Part shown: positions 1-14,362 of the stretch, in pieces
How the letters are laid out: each line of letters starts with the position of its first letter
Position numbering within the stretch: position 1 is the stretch's first letter
Assembly: GCA_038087875.1 (NCBI GenBank)
Contig: CM075988.1
Location: forward strand, 12,774,001 to 12,838,000
Length of the DNA: 64,000 nucleotides
Reading direction: 5' to 3'
From: Malacoraja senta
Taxonomy: Eukaryota
Position numbers and translations under genes: made by a program
Notes under the pieces: model-generated
The model's database searches: none
Told to the model about the DNA's origin: nothing
Seen by the model: the letters and a program-made list of their open reading frames with translations, nothing else

Positions 1-1334
1 GTGGACAAGGCTAGAGGTGAAAAGGAGAAAAAATGTCACAAAAGGAGACCAGGAGACAAAAGGGTTTCAGATAAGGAGAGAAGAGGAGGAAAATCTAAAG
101 GCGGGGGGGGGGGGGGGGGGGGGTGCTAAAGATAGAAAGAGAGTCCTGTGTGCAGTTTTGAAGGCCACACCAAGGAAATTGTCATAATTTGGATAGGGAG
201 GTGAGGGAATTGATTTTGGCAATGAAGTTATGTGAATAGATGGAAGAAGCAGAGAGATTGTTCTTCTTGGGACAGAGGAGGTTGCAAAAGGATCTTGTAT
301 TTAAATTTAAAAAATAATTAGGCAAAATGGATAGAAAAAAGTCCCATTGACAGAAGTGTCAGGAGCTGGAGATAAAATGAAAGTGATCATCCAAATAATC
401 AGAAGTGACATGAAGAATTATCTCCTTGGAATCCACTGTTAACTAGTAGTAGAGGCAGATTCAATTGCAGTATTCAAAAGGGAACTGAGAGGTAAGAATT
501 TGCAGGGATAGGAAGAGAACACGAGGGACTGGAACTAACTGGGTGGATTGCATGGAACTGTAAAGGACTGATTGAGTTAAGGGACCTCTGTCCTTGCTAT
601 AAACGTGCTATACTTCAGCGTGGAGATTTCCTACATTATGCTGTTCTGATACGATATTGGAGGGAACATTTTTGAGATACAAGCAAAATAGTCAGGATGG
701 TCCAATTTCAGTGGAGAGGATTGGTTTCTTCATCCCTTTAATTCTAGATTGTTGAGCAGTGCAGTGTAGTCTGGACGTACTTGGCTATCAAACTGTACAA
801 CTCCTCCCCTTTCTGTCATGGGGTAGACTGAGACTGACTCCTCCCCCCCCAATATTTGCATATCCCCAATCCCTTCCACTCGTCACTTTAATTTCATCTT
901 TCATGTATTTTATGTTTTATGACTGTTGGCAGATCAATTTCCCTCCTGGGATAAATAAAGTTCTATCATATCGTATCATACCTCATTCTAAGATATAATT
1001 GGCCCTCAAACACATTTCTATCTGCTCAATGTGCAAATTGAAAAGTTATTATAATTATATTTGAAATTTCCAAGTTTTCCAGTACAATGAAACTAAGTAA
1101 CCATCTTGTCGTTTTGTTCAATTTACTATGGGAGTCAAATGTGAGAAATCACATATGCTTGCCTAAAGCTTTCTTGTCATTTCATGGATGATTTGTTCAG
1201 TTCAGTTCACTGACCAACAACTCTTTCTCAGCACATTTCCTGCTTCACAAAAAACATTGGAAGTCCTGCAAACGGCATTGCTGTCCTGGACTGTGGCTGC
1301 CCACACCACGCCGTGTAGGTATTGTGTTGATGTA

Positions 1335-2128
1335 TCAATCAATCATTCATCAATCAATCAATCAATTTATTCATCACCTACACAATAAAGTGCAGTGAAA
1401 TGAATTTTGCCAGCAGCGGTACAATCATAAAAGAACACACAATAAACAATAACAATTTAACACAAACATCCACCACAGCATTCTTCACTGTGGTGGAAGG
1501 CACAAAGTACAGTCAGTCCTCCTCCATTGTTCCCTGTGGTCGGGGCCATAAACCACCGCAGTCGCCGCTGCGGGGGGCCGGATGTACAGGCCCTCTCGTC
1601 GGGATGGTAAGTCCCGTATCGGCACTTCCCTACAGGAGACCGCGGCTTCAGGAGGTTGTAGGCCACAGGCCAGCGGTCGGAGCTTCTAAGGGGATCCCCG
1701 GCGAGGAATCCCGCTCCGGATTGTAAGTCTACGCTGTGCACGCAGCTAGAAGCTCCGCAGACTGCGGCTTCAGGATGTTATCGGCCTCGGGCCAGCGATC
1801 GGAGCACTCCATTCTGTGGCGACAGCTCGCCTGCTTCGCGATGAAATGTCCACGTTGCGTCCGCTGCTGAAACTCCGGGCCCCGACTCTGGGAAAGGCCG
1901 CACCAATCCATGGTGTTAGGCCGCGAGGGAGGCGACATGGAAAAAGTCGCCTCTCTGTGGAGGAGGCGACTGAAAGCGGTTCCCCCCTTATCCCTCCACA
2001 CCACCCCCCACACACAGGACACACCAAGAGACATTAAAACACACATCTGGACACGCTAAAATAAACAAAAAAAGTAGAAATGACGAACACGCTGCTGGCA
2101 GGGCAGCCGTCTCGCAGCGTCCCCACCG
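1335..2128 (-). mobile_element. GC-rich non-autonomous retroposon with aataaa + (ttga)n tail
   Basis: CpG-rich body with ~110-bp internal repeats; minus-strand 3' end gatgaataaattgattgattg. Confidence 0.55.
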
Positions 2129-2829
2129 ACTGAATACATGTAGCCTCGGTGTGGGTGGGTACCATCCTCATGACACAGCTCCATTGGCATTTTGCATCAT
2201 TCTAGCAACATCCTTAAGGCAATGAACCCTTCCACAGTCACGATTCTGAGATTTCGGGACCCCCTCGGCCTCAATGAAACTTAACACACTCAGACTTGGA
2301 TAGATTTATTTTCTCCCCTGTACGCTTATTCTCCTCGTTGTCAAGTTGTATGTCTCTTGTGCTCATACATACAAGTTGGTACAATGAATGGAAAAAAAAA
2401 ATCTGCATATAATGGAAATCTGAAATAAAAATAGAAAATGCTGGAAACTCTCAACAGGTTGGACTAGAAACAATATTTTCTTTTTCTTTCTTCAGATGTT
2501 CATTGATCTGCTGAGTGTTTTTAACACTTTCTGTTTTTATTTCAGATTGACACAATTTACATTTTTATATACCGGAGTCTGCAGTTATATCAATAATTAT
2601 TAAGTGGCATTGGTTAATGATATAATTTTATTGTTGTGTTTTTGACCGGAGGTGTCCTGCTTATAAATCAATTCGCAGAATATCTCAGAGGAAATCAATA
2701 TACATAAACGTTATAGTTTCTTGTGTCCAGACAGTTTAGCAAGTTACACTCATTTAGTTCACAAGAGATAATTGAATTAATGGTTCCTGGAAGGATAATT
2801 ATTATTTTATTGCAAATTTTAATCAGATA

Positions 2830-4078
2830 CTAGACTAAGTGGGACCCGTTGGGTCCCAGCATCACACGGGATGGCTGGTCCCCCAACGCAATATTTCACC
2901 TCTCCACCAATTCCAATACTGGTGGCCAGTGGGGGGGGGGGGCTTTTTGGAGCAATAGTATGGGTGTTGTGGGCTGAAGGGACTGGTTTCCAGGGGGCTA
3001 GTATGAGCATTGTGGGCCAAATGGATTATTAGGCTAGAGGCTCAGTCACTCAAGCCTGTTGTGCTGGCAGCTCACTCACTCACGGCTGGTGGGCTGGCAG
3101 TTGACTCACAGCTATTCCTTGAAATTCCATTTCAAGCAGGGTGCAAGGCCACCAAATTCAAGTGCAGTTTCTTACAATTTCAAGAAGAGTGCAAGGCCAC
3201 CAAATTCAAGTGCAGTTTCATACCATTTCAAGCAGGCTGCAAGGCCACTAAATACAGTGAGTCGTGACCTCTCCCTCCTCCATCTTGCAGAGACTGAGCC
3301 ACGCCCACACTTCTGGGTTTTATAGTCCCTCCCCCCCTCCCACCAGAAGAGGCATGGCCTTCATGGTGTGATTGACAGGATAGAGAATCATTTTTTAAAC
3401 ACTAATAACTCTTTTATTTTTCATCGATGGGAAAAATCCTCGGCACCTGATGAGCGGAGAGGGACTCTGAGTAAGATGGCCAACAATCACAGCCGTACGT
3501 GGTAGCGTTTTTTCTAAAATCAATATAAAGCACAAACAGGAAGTGGTCAAGATTAGACTTTTAATTATATAGAAGGCAAGGCAACTTTAATTAGGCAAGA
3601 CAACGCAGCTTTAGCATTTCCAAACCAAAGGCAACACAGCTTTAGGATTTCCAAACCAAAGGCAACACAGCTTTAGCATTTCAAAACTATATTTTCAAAC
3701 CACATTAAGGGCACTGACAGGTCAGAAAAACAACTCACAGTTTAGTAGACATGTGTTCAGTGTTATTCACAGCTCAGACTGAGAGACGTGACCCTCTCGC
3801 TCCCCCATCTTGCAGAGACTGACTGAGGCACTCAACACTTCCGGGTTTTATAGTCCCTCCGGAAGGGGCGTGGCCTTCAGGAGAGAGAATCTCAACATTT
3901 TTTAAACACTAATAACTCTTTTATTTTTCATCGATGGGAAAAATGTTCTTGTCCTGCCAGTAGAGGGGGATTCTGAGTAAGATGGCCAAAAATCACAGCC
4001 GTAAGTGGCAGCGTTTTTTCTAAAATCAATATACAGAACAACAGGAAGTGGTCAAGATGAGACGTTTAGTAATATAGA
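2830..4078 (-). mobile_element. Non-autonomous Helitron with duplicated 5' module and 42-bp minisatellite
   Basis: The minus strand starts TCTATATTACTAAA (4078) and ends CTAG (2830), with subterminal hairpin GGGACCC-GTT-GGGTCCC (2841-2857); inserted between A and T with no TSD. Confidence 0.85.
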
Positions 4079-4219
4079 TTAGAAGTGATTTCCATTGCAA
4101 GCAAGAGTAAAAAGCACACACATTACCAGCTGGATGGCACTATCAAGTTCTCTTTTTATCAGTATAAAGCATCAGGCGTCGTTAATATCTATGAAGATTG
4201 ATTTTGATATGAAGATTGA

Positions 4220-4563
4220 ATATGAATATTGATTTCACTAACTTTAAGTAACCCCTGCATTCCCTCTTTCTCCATCTCTCCTCCACCCAAGTCGCACCAA
4301 CTTCTCATTCTAACCTAGCAAACAGCTAACAATGGCCTGTTTCCTTTATCATCATTACTTTCTTGCATTGCTATTATTCATTTGTTCTATATCTCTCTAC
4401 ATCACCATCTATATCTCTCATTTCCCTTTCGCTGACTCAGTCTGAAGAAGGCTCGACCTGAAACATTACCCATTCCTTCTCTCCAGAGATGCTACCTGGC
4501 CTGCTGCGTTACTCCAGCATGTGTCTTAGGTTTAAACCAGCATCTGCAATTCCTTCCTAAACA
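4220..4563 (+). mobile_element. Penelope-like element 3' fragment with degraded hammerhead-motif terminus
   Basis: atgaatattgatttcactaactttaagtaa (MNIDFTNFK*), pyrimidine-rich UTR, then tcagtctgaagaagg..gacctgaaacattaccc. Confidence 0.65.
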
Positions 4564-5029
4564 TAGTTAATATCAAACTTGTTCATTGAAAAAAATGCTT
4601 TGATCTGCTGAGCCTAAACCTTGTATATAATGAGGTCCACACATGTCTATGTCCAATAGTGAATTTCAAAGATTTTGTGCAAAAGTTGACCCTTTTTCAA
4701 GTTATATGGCAACGATGATGTTGTTCTCAGTCTCATTTCTATGTCACTGGTGGTTCTGTTTAATGCATATCACACTACCAATAGGATACTTAACTTACCA
4801 AATAACTTAAATGATTGAAGAAGCCTTACAAAAACATGAATAGAATCTAAATTCAAAATAGAAAAATGTGAAGAATAAGATAATAATAATAATAATAATC
4901 ATCATTTTATTTACTGGCGCCTTTCTAAAACCCAAGGACACCTTACAATGCATAGAATCACAAAAAAAAAAAAAAAAAAAAAAAAGATAGATCAACATAA
5001 TGACAAGAAAGTGAAATAAAGAATGAGAA

Positions 5030-5390
5030 AGAGCCATACAGCACAGAAACAGGCCCTACGGCCAACCTTATCATTGGCAACCAAAAATGCTCATCTATGC
5101 TAGTACCACCTGCCTGCACTTGGCCCATATCCATATAAACCTTTCATATCCATGTACCTGTCTAAATGTCTTTGAAATGTTGCTATTGCACCTTCCTCAA
5201 CTACTTCCTCTGGCATTTTTTTGTCATATACACATCACCCTTTGTGTGAAAATGTTTCCCTTCAGGTTCCTATTAAATCTTTCCCCTCTCACCTTAAACC
5301 TATGTTTTCTGGTTCATGACTTACCCAAAGGCTCTGTGCATTAACCCTATCTATTCTTCTCATGATGTTATTCTCCTGCCCTCCAAAATG
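5030..5390 (-). mobile_element. CR1 LINE 3' fragment
   Basis: Reverse complement of the CR1 3' end (ttttcacacaaagggtg, gggcctgtttctgtgctgtatg). Confidence 0.7.
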
Positions 5391-6910
5391 AAAGAAAGAT
5401 GTGATTAAGAGAAATATAGAGATTTGAGGTCACCCATTTAAGACTAATGTCAAGTGAAAATCCTTGACTTGGATGATTGTGAGCTTTTCAGAACTCTTTT
5501 CATTGAAGACCACTGAAAGCTAATAATTTGACTTTTTTTAAAGCCACTTTAATGCTGCTATCTCACAGCTCCAGAGACTGGGCTTGCTTCTGACTGCAAG
5601 AGGAAAGCAGGGGTAGTTCATGGGCATGAGAGGGAGAGAGAACAAGTTGCAGATATACTGGGAAATAAGGGGAGGTAGGTGGGATTGATTGGTTGCCTTG
5701 TCTGTTGTTGTAAGACAGATACTTCGTAGTCTGGGCTGGGAGGAGATGAGAAAAGTGAAAGGTTACTGAAATGAATCAAGAATGTGGAGTTGAGACAATT
5801 AATCATATTGAATTGTGAAGCTTGAGGAGCCAGGAGACCTACTCCTGCAACTAATTTGTATGGTTTTACTTTATAGACCAAAAAGGGAACAGAAGGATTT
5901 TAGTTTTTTTGTATAAAAATGTCTAACACTAACTGCGTTCCTGGTTCCAACCCACTGCTCGTTCTGCTTTGTCTGGGTCTGCACTGCCTCAGGTTCCTGA
6001 TTTTTTTTAAATTGTGGAACCATCATTTATTATCGCTCACTTTATAATAATTGACTGTATTTTCATTGTCCAGTTTAAGAAAAACATTTATTTTTTGCTT
6101 TACTTATTCTTGAAACATCTTGAAGTTAAAATCATTGGGTGTTAGTACTTTAATATGGTGTAAAACCCACCAAGGATAATACTGTAGACTAAGATTCAAA
6201 TGATTAATATTAATAAGTTTGATTTTGATGTGAAATTTTAATTGAAAATATGATTATTTTTTTGATGTGGTAATTAGGTGATGCCAACTTGGCTGTAATG
6301 AACTGAGAGACAATTGAACGAAGGAGTGACTTTGGATTGCCATCGTTTTTGAATGGTAGAGCAATACATGATTCTTTCTCATTGCAGTGAAATAGAAGGA
6401 ATGTCATTACCTCCTGCAATCCCTTTATGGGGATATATCACATCCAGTGGTCTGAAAAATTGCATGTATTGGTTTTAGAGATTGAGCGATGGCTTCATCA
6501 GGATTTAAATATGTTGCCATAGTGATATCACATTAGGACTTAGAAACAGTGTCTCCTGTCTCTGGTGCCGATGCATGATGTTTTGGTAAATATAATTTAT
6601 TTACCGTTGGCATTTGGAAAACTGTGAGCAATTTTATTACAGTTTATTCCAATGCGATCTGGACCTTATTCTATTACATAGTATATGACAATTAGCAGGA
6701 GTATGAGGCACCCGATAGTTTGTCAAGAAAGATTTTCTTTTGAGTCCAAGTCGATGAGAGTGGTGCACTATATTGTTATGCTTTGTCAGAAAGAATTATG
6801 TTTGATCACTGTATGTGTTTATCTGGAGTTCATGGAAGAACAAATTGTGAATTCAAAAGCAGAAAAATTACCTCCAAGCTTTGTGTATATTTTAAAGCAG
6901 TGCGTATTTT

Positions 6911-9171
6911 AATGGAGAGTGACATTGTTAATTCAGAAACAAGGGTCCTGAACTTAAAGAAAGGTAACTTTGAGGGTATGAGAAGTGAATTGGCCAAGAT
7001 AGACTGGCAGTTGATTCTTAATGGGTTGACGGTAGATATGCAATGGAAGACATTTAAAGACTGCATGGATGAACTACAACAATTGTTCATCCCAGTTTGG
7101 CAAAAAAATAAATCAGGGAAGGTAGTGCATCCGTGGATAACAAGGGAAATCAGGGATAGTATCAAAACAAAAGATGAAGCGTACAAATTAGCCAGAAAAA
7201 GCAGCCTACCAGAGGACTGGGAGAAATCCAGAGTCCAGCAGAGGAGGACAAAGGGCTTAATTATTAAAGGGAAAATAGATTATGAAAGAAAACTGTCAGG
7301 GAACATAAAAACTGACTGCAAAAGCTTTTATAGATATGTGAAGAGAAAAAGATTAGTTAAAACAAATGTAGGTCCCTTGCAGTCAGAAACACGTGAATTG
7401 ATCATGGGGAACAAGGACATGGCAGACCAATTGAATAACTACTTTGGTTCTGTCTTCACTAAGGAAGACATAAATAATCTGCCGGAAATAGCAGGGGACC
7501 GGGGGTCAAATGAGATGGAGGAACTGAGTGAAATCCAGGTTAGCCGGGAAGTGGTGTTAGGTAAATTGAATGGATTAAACGCCGATAAATCCCCAGGGCC
7601 AGATAGGCTGCATCCCAGAGTACTTAAGGAAGTAGCCCCAGAAATAGTGGATGCATTAGTGATAATTTTTCAAAACACTTTAGAATCTGGAGTAGTTCCT
7701 GAGGATTGGAGGGTAGCTAATGTAACCCCACTTTTAAAAAGGGAGGGAGAGAGAAAACGGGGAATTACAGACCAGTTAGTCTAACGTCGGTAGTGGGGAA
7801 ACTGCTAGAATCAGTTATTAAAGATGGGATAGCAGCACATTTGGCAAGTGGTGAAAACATTGGACAAAGTCAGCATGGATTTATGAAAGGTAAATCATGT
7901 CTGACGAATCTTATAGAATTTTTCGAGGATGTAACTAGTAGAGTGGATAAGGGAGAACCAGTGGATGTGTTATATCTGGACTTTCAGAAGGCTTTCGACA
8001 AGGTCCCACATAAGAGATTAGTATACAAACTTAAAGCACACAGTATTGGGGGTTCAGTATTGATGTGGATAGAGAACTGGCTGGCAGACAGGAAGCAAAG
8101 AGTAGGAGTAAACGGGTCCTTTTCACAATGGCAGCCAGTGACTAGTGGGGTACCGCAAGGCTCAGTGCTGGGACCCCAGCTATTTACGATATATATTAAT
8201 GATTTGGACGAGGGAATTGAAGGCAACTTCTCCAAGTTTGCGGATGACACTTGGGGGGCAGTATTAGCTGTGAGGAGGATGCTCGGAGGCTGCAAGGTGA
8301 CTTGGATAGGCTGGGTGAGTGGGCAAATGCATGGCAGATGCAGTATAATATGGATAAATGTGATGTTATCCACTTTGGTGGCAAAAACAGGAAAGTAGAC
8401 TATTATCTGAATGGTGGCCGATTAGGAAAAGGGGAGATGCAACGAGACCTGGGTGTCATGGTACACCAGTCATTAAAAGTAGGCATGCAGGTGCAGCAGG
8501 CAGTGAAGAAGGCGAATGGTATGTTAACATTCATAGCAAAAGGATTTGAGTATAGGAGCGGGGAGGTTCTACTGCAGTTGTACAGGGTCTTGGTGAGACC
8601 ACACCTGGAGTATTGCGTACAGTTTTGGTCTCCTAATCTGAGGAAAGACATTCTTGCCATAGAGGGTGTACAGAGAAGGTTCACCAGACTGATTCCTGGG
8701 ATCTCAGGACTTTCATATGAAAAAAGACTGGATAGACTCGATTTGTACTCGCTAGAATTTAGAAGATTGAGGGGGGATTTTATAGAAACGTACAAAATTC
8801 TTAAGGGGTTGGACAGGCTAGATGCAGGAAGATTGTTCCCGATGTTGGGGAAGTCCAGAACAAGGGGTCACAGTTTAAGGATAAGGGGGAAATCTTTTAG
8901 GACCGAGATGAGGAAAACATTTTTCACACAGAGAGTGGTGAATCTCTGGAATTCTCTGCCATCGAAGGTAGTTGAGGCCAGTTCATTGGCTATATTTAAG
9001 AGGGAGTTAGATGTGGCCCTTGTGGCTAAAGGGATCAGGGGGTATGGAGAGAAAGCAGGTACAGGATACTGAGTTGGATGATCAGCCATGATCATATTAA
9101 ATGGCGGTGCAGGCTCGAAGGGCCGAATGGCCTACTCCTGCACCTGTTTTCTATGTTTCTATGTTTCTATG
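6911..9171 (+). mobile_element. 5'-truncated CR1/HER1-type LINE, ORF2 RT region, frameshifted
   Basis: ORFs 6783-7784, 7793-8398 and 8251-9072 with [58 protein letters not shown]; 3' tail (ctatgttt)n. Confidence 0.95.
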
Positions 9172-10254
9172 TATTGTTTTAACACTATATTGCTCCCAAG
9201 CTGTGATAAGGGAGCAACTGCTCAGCGATGTCTGTTGGCGATCAATTATAAAATGACTCCCCTGTGGTTGATCAGTGTAATTAATGCTCGCATAAAGACA
9301 AAAATTGGTTGTAGGATGTAGAGCGAGGAGTCTGTCTACCATTTCATTAGCCTGTATCGGATAGCTATAAATAAAATCTGCACAATGTCTTCATAGGTTT
9401 GTCTTCTCTAGCAATTTACTCCAATCTGATCAGCTCCTTATTTCTGATGAAAGGTAATCTATCTGAAACCTGACCCTGTTTCTGTGTGCACAGATATTAC
9501 TTGACCTGTTGAATATTTCCAGCGTATCTTTCTATTTCAGTTCTCCAGCGCTGTGCTATTTAGCTTTTAGAACTCTGTCTTCACATTGACAAATTAGACT
9601 TCACTGACTTCAGAAATGAGTTTGGTTTCAAGTTGAACCAAACTAAAATGTGCATTTAGCAGCTTGACAAGCTTCTTTTGTCATATTTCCAGTTCTTCTG
9701 AAGATTCTCTGACCTGAAACATTGACTCAGTTTCTCCACCAACAGTTAGAGCCAAACACGTTGAGTATTTCCAGCATTTTCAGTTTTTATTTTCGATTTC
9801 CCATGTCTGATGTTTTTTTATTTTATTTTCATAAACAAATGTAGTCTTGTAACAGGTTGATGAGTTTTAAAATCTTAGTTTGCTTCACCTAATATCTCAC
9901 TATTCAGTTACAAGAACAATCACATACAACAGACTGCTAACAGTTTAATTTTCAGTTGTATATTTCATTTTGTTAAACACAAGTCAAATATGTTCAGGAA
10001 CGGCATTGCATAAAACTAATAATGCTCATTTTTAGCTGAAACATGAATATTAAAAGGATCATTTCACCAACAGAAATTGAGTTGCAAGAATCATTATCTC
10101 TCAACAGGCAGCTTCTCAAAAATAAATAGCATAATAGGCCGTACCTGAATAGTGTGAGGTTGTGGAGTGAATATTTAGATATTGAAACCTATTTCCTGTT
10201 TGGAAGCCAGAATTGTTGACAGCTGAGTTGTAGCCTGGAGTACGTGCATTTAAC

Positions 10255-10825
10255 AACACAGCTGGCCGTGCAGAACAAGGACAGACCAGGCGACCTCCAC
10301 GAACAGCACCAGCCGCCGCCAAGACCACTGTGAACGAGGCCGTACCTGCCAAGAACAGGGATCCAGTGACCACCGAGAACTAAGACTCATTGGTCACGTG
10401 CGGCGCCATGCCTGGTTCACCGCGGTAAAGAAGGGCCTGGCAGGCCGCTCCCTGCAGGGGAAGCTCGGAGGCTGCAAAGTCAAGGAGGGAGCCTCTGGTG
10501 GCGATGGACGCGAGGAGTGGGCCGGTAGTGGAGGAACTGGGGTATTGCCTCCAGCGCCTTCAAGGTCGGCAGCAGGAGGTGCTCACCCAGGTCACAGAGG
10601 AGGCCGGGCGGGGAGAGGGATGTCGGGTTGCAGCAGCCTGGGTTCACCTGGGCCTACCTTGATCAGGTGCGCTCAGATACTTCCGACAGGAGGACCGGAC
10701 TTCGGACTGTTTTTTTTCCTTTGTAAATGCTACCAAAATATGGAGACCGTGTATTTGTGGTTGTGCACAATAATTTCATGTGTGCTGTGTATACGTGATA
10801 ATAAAGAGCCATTGAACCATTTTGA
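10255..10825 (+). mobile_element. GC-rich retroposon-like insertion with gtgataataaag + ccattgaa tail
   Basis: Abrupt GC-rich block in AT-rich DNA ending in a LINE-like tail. Confidence 0.45.
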
Positions 10826-12959
10826 GTGAAGAGTCCGCTGCAACGTTATTGACAGGCCAAAAGTAAATACTTCTGTTCTCAAAGGAATGTTGCAAAATTC
10901 ATATTCATGTGGGACTAAGGCCTCTTTGCCTCCTTTTACCTGGTGGGTTTTCCAAGCTTGGGGAATTATGGCCAACAAGGATTTAAAAATGGAAACTGTA
11001 TAAAAAGGCAAGCAAAAGATTGCAATAACTAACATGCCTCCATTAAAACATGGTATGTGATAGACCTGTTTTTGATTTTTAATGCTTTACTTCCTAATTA
11101 ACCCAAATTCACCCATGTGGTGGGATTAAAGTTACCCTGAGGAGATAATTATGACAGTCTAAAAGTATATTTGCAGCAGCTGATGAATTGGAATCAAAAC
11201 AGCAATGTTAACAAGATCTGACCAGGAGACTTGTTTCCTTTTTCCCTTCCATTATTTTCCTGAAATGGTTTCCTGCACTTATTCTCTCCTGAAAGTCTGG
11301 GTTGTGTGTGCGCATGAATATTCAGTAAGGAAAGGACGATGCCAGATTGGTGATCCATGATATCCACCTGTGCAAACTTGTAAAACAAGAATTCAACTAA
11401 AGAGAACCTGGCATCTACTCGATTTCCCTCAATTATATGCCAATGACTTGAGTTCATGTTAGTACATTTACAACATGTAAATGACTGAGAGCAGAGTGGC
11501 AGCTGGTGTTAAATTTGCAACTCTATCAGTAATCGCCCAGTGTGAGAGAGCCCCGTAAAAGTCAGAATGACTGAAGGCTTCGCTGCAGACTTGACATGAG
11601 AAAGGCAAACGCAAAATAAATAACACACTGCTGGAGTAACTCAGCGGGTCATCCAGCATCTCTGGAAGACATGATTGGTGATGTTTCGGGTCAGGACCCT
11701 TGTCACACACTGAATGATCTTCAATGCCATTTGTCTGCTTTAGGGTCATTTAGCTTCCTCCTTTCAGCAGGTACCCCAAAGCTGATCAGTCAGTTATTTT
11801 TTTGATTGTAAATTATCCCTACTGTAGATGGCTGATTGCAGAATCAATGATTGTTGATGAGCAGACATGTAGGTTGCAAGAAATAGTGTAGAATGGTACT
11901 GATGAGTCTGCTTTGTGAGCCGGTATAGACTCAGTGGGATGAATGGCAGGGCTCGAAATTAGCGGTTGCCCGGGTGCCATTGACCACTCAAAGTGCCGCC
12001 GGGCAACCTAAACACCGAGTCATTTTGCCCGGCTTGGCAATCAAATACTGGTTTATACCGATAGACACAAAAAACTGGAGTAACTCCGCGGGTCAGGCAG
12101 TATCTCTGGAGAATAGGAACATGACGTTTCGTGTCGGCGGCGGCTGTGCAGGGCAAAGATACTGGGTGCGGGGTGATGAAGGGTCGGAGCGAATGACGGG
12201 CCCCGAACAGCGGCAACAGCGGCCGCGACAGCGGCTCCACCGCCTCCTCCTCCCGCACCCCGCCCGGCGGAAGGAGGCCTCTCTCTCTCTCTCCCTCCCT
12301 CCACCCCTCCTCCCGGCCTCGGCGTGCGAGAGGGGTTGTTTTGAAAGCGCCGTTGGTGGATTTGCAAGCAGCGGCCGCTATCGCCCTGATAACGGCCGCT
12401 GCTTGCAAATCCGCCAACGGCGCTTTCAAAACAACCTCTCTCGCACGCCGAGGCCGGGAGGAGGGAGGGAGAGAGGGGGAGGGGGGAGAGGGAGGGAGGG
12501 GGAGGCCTCCTTCCGCCGTCTGAAGCAGCTGCACCAAAGTTCCTATAGCTATACCAAAGATCCTATAGCTATAGGATCTTTGAGCTGCACCGCTCGGCCC
12601 TGCACCTTGCTGTTGGCTGGCAGAGGAGGGGAGGTGGTGGCGAGGAGTCCCAACAACCACCCCCTATGGGGGCGGCACTTTGGCGTTGGACAGGGATGGC
12701 CAAGGCAGCGGGGCGATGTTGTCCGAGGAGCGCTGACCTTCCTTCCTCCACACCTCCTCTGCCCCTTTCCCCCCCCTCTCTCTCTCTCTCTCTTGTACAC
12801 CCCCCTCCACCCCTCTTATCCCGGGACCCCTCCTCTCCATCCCGCACTGATCCCCATTCCCTCTTCTATTCAGTCCTCACTGACATCCCCTGTGCTCCCC
12901 TCCCCATCTACCTCCCCCCCCAATCTATTCATCACCCTACCCACCTTGCATTGATTCTC

Positions 12960-13530
12960 CTGCCACCCCCCCATCCATCCTACACTGGTCCCCCAATTCA
13001 TCCTGTACTGACCCCCCTTCCCATCCATCCTGCACTTCTCCCCCATTCATACTGCACTGATCCTCCCATTCATCCTGTACTGACCCACCCTCCATTTACC
13101 CTGCATCCATCCTGTAGTGATCTCCCCATTCATCTTTTACTGATCCCCCATTCATCCTGTACTGATCCCTCATGCATCCTGTACTAATCCCCTCATTCAT
13201 CCCATACTGATCCCCCATTAATCCTATACTGATCCCCTCATTCATCCTGTAGTGATCACCATTCATCCTGCACAGACCCTCCGATCCACACTGTCCTGAC
13301 CCCCCCCATTCATCCTGTACTAATCCCCCCCCCATTCATCCTGTACTGATCCCCCCATTCAAGAAGAATGGGGTGAACAGTCTGAAGAAGGGTCTCGACC
13401 CGAAAATTGCCTATTTCCTTCGCTCCATAGATGCTGCCTCACCTGCTGAGTTTCTCCAGCATTTTTGTCTACCCCCATTCATCCTGTGCTGACCCCCCAT
13501 TCACCCTGTACTGATCCCCCCTCCCATCCA
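12960..13530. repeat. C-rich ~22-24-bp tandem repeat (cccattcatcctgtactgatcc)n inside the hAT-like element
   Basis: Many visible degenerate units. Confidence 0.85.
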
Positions 13531-14362
13531 TCCCATACTGAACCCCCATTCAACACCACTGACATCCCCCGTGCTCTCCCTTCACAATTTTACATTCTCC
13601 AACCAACACGTACTAATTCACCTGCCTCAATCCATCCATTCCGCACCGAATGCCTTCTCAAACCCCTCCCCCCCCTGCCATCTATCCACCCCGCATTGAT
13701 TCACACCCCCCCCCCCCCTCCCTGACCCTATTGTGCTTCATGGTCTTCAGAGCGAACATTGACTATGTTTGATAACGGAATGCAATCAAATGTGTTTTAA
13801 TTCCCAATGTTATTATTTGTTTTGACACCTTTAAACATATTACCAAAAGAACATTTGCTGCAGTTATGTACTTTGGCCATCTCTAGTCAGTTAGTGTAAT
13901 GTTTAACCTGTCAGATGGGTATAGTCGGTTTTAACAGCTATTATCATAAAATGCCTTTAGAAATTTCCTTGCAACCTGTATATTTTATTATGGATAAATT
14001 ATGTGGGAAGCTAGAGCGTTTCTGTACCAATAGCAATAACGACCCATGCTAAGGCCATGTCATGATAATTTTCGGTCTTTCACAGAGAACATGCTTGCAT
14101 CAATCTGTAGTGTGCATGGTTAAGCATATATGTTACCATGGTCCAGGATTTATTGACACAGGTTGATCATATGCTGAATAATCCAACCACATTTTTGTTT
14201 GGAAGTGGAAAGAACTAATAGAAATTGCATTCATTGCAATGTGTAAAAAGAGTTGAGATATTGTATTATAATTTTGCTGCATGTAATTGTGGTATATATC
14301 ATGTCTTGATTGGTGAATATATTTAGTTTGTGAGTTATTTGAAGCAGAAATAATATGTGAAT

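Noticed and set aside
6783..9072. Intact active LINE
   Set aside because: 5'-truncated (no ORF1 or endonuclease) with frameshifts near 7740 and 8250.
11959..12954. Long overlapping ORFs (326 aa +, 233 aa -)
   Set aside because: They arise from a GC-rich palindrome and low-complexity tracts inside a non-autonomous transposon; no recognisable domain.
12960..13530. Regularly spaced repeats resembling a CRISPR array
   Set aside because: Eukaryotic context, degenerate head-to-tail units without unique spacers, no cas genes.
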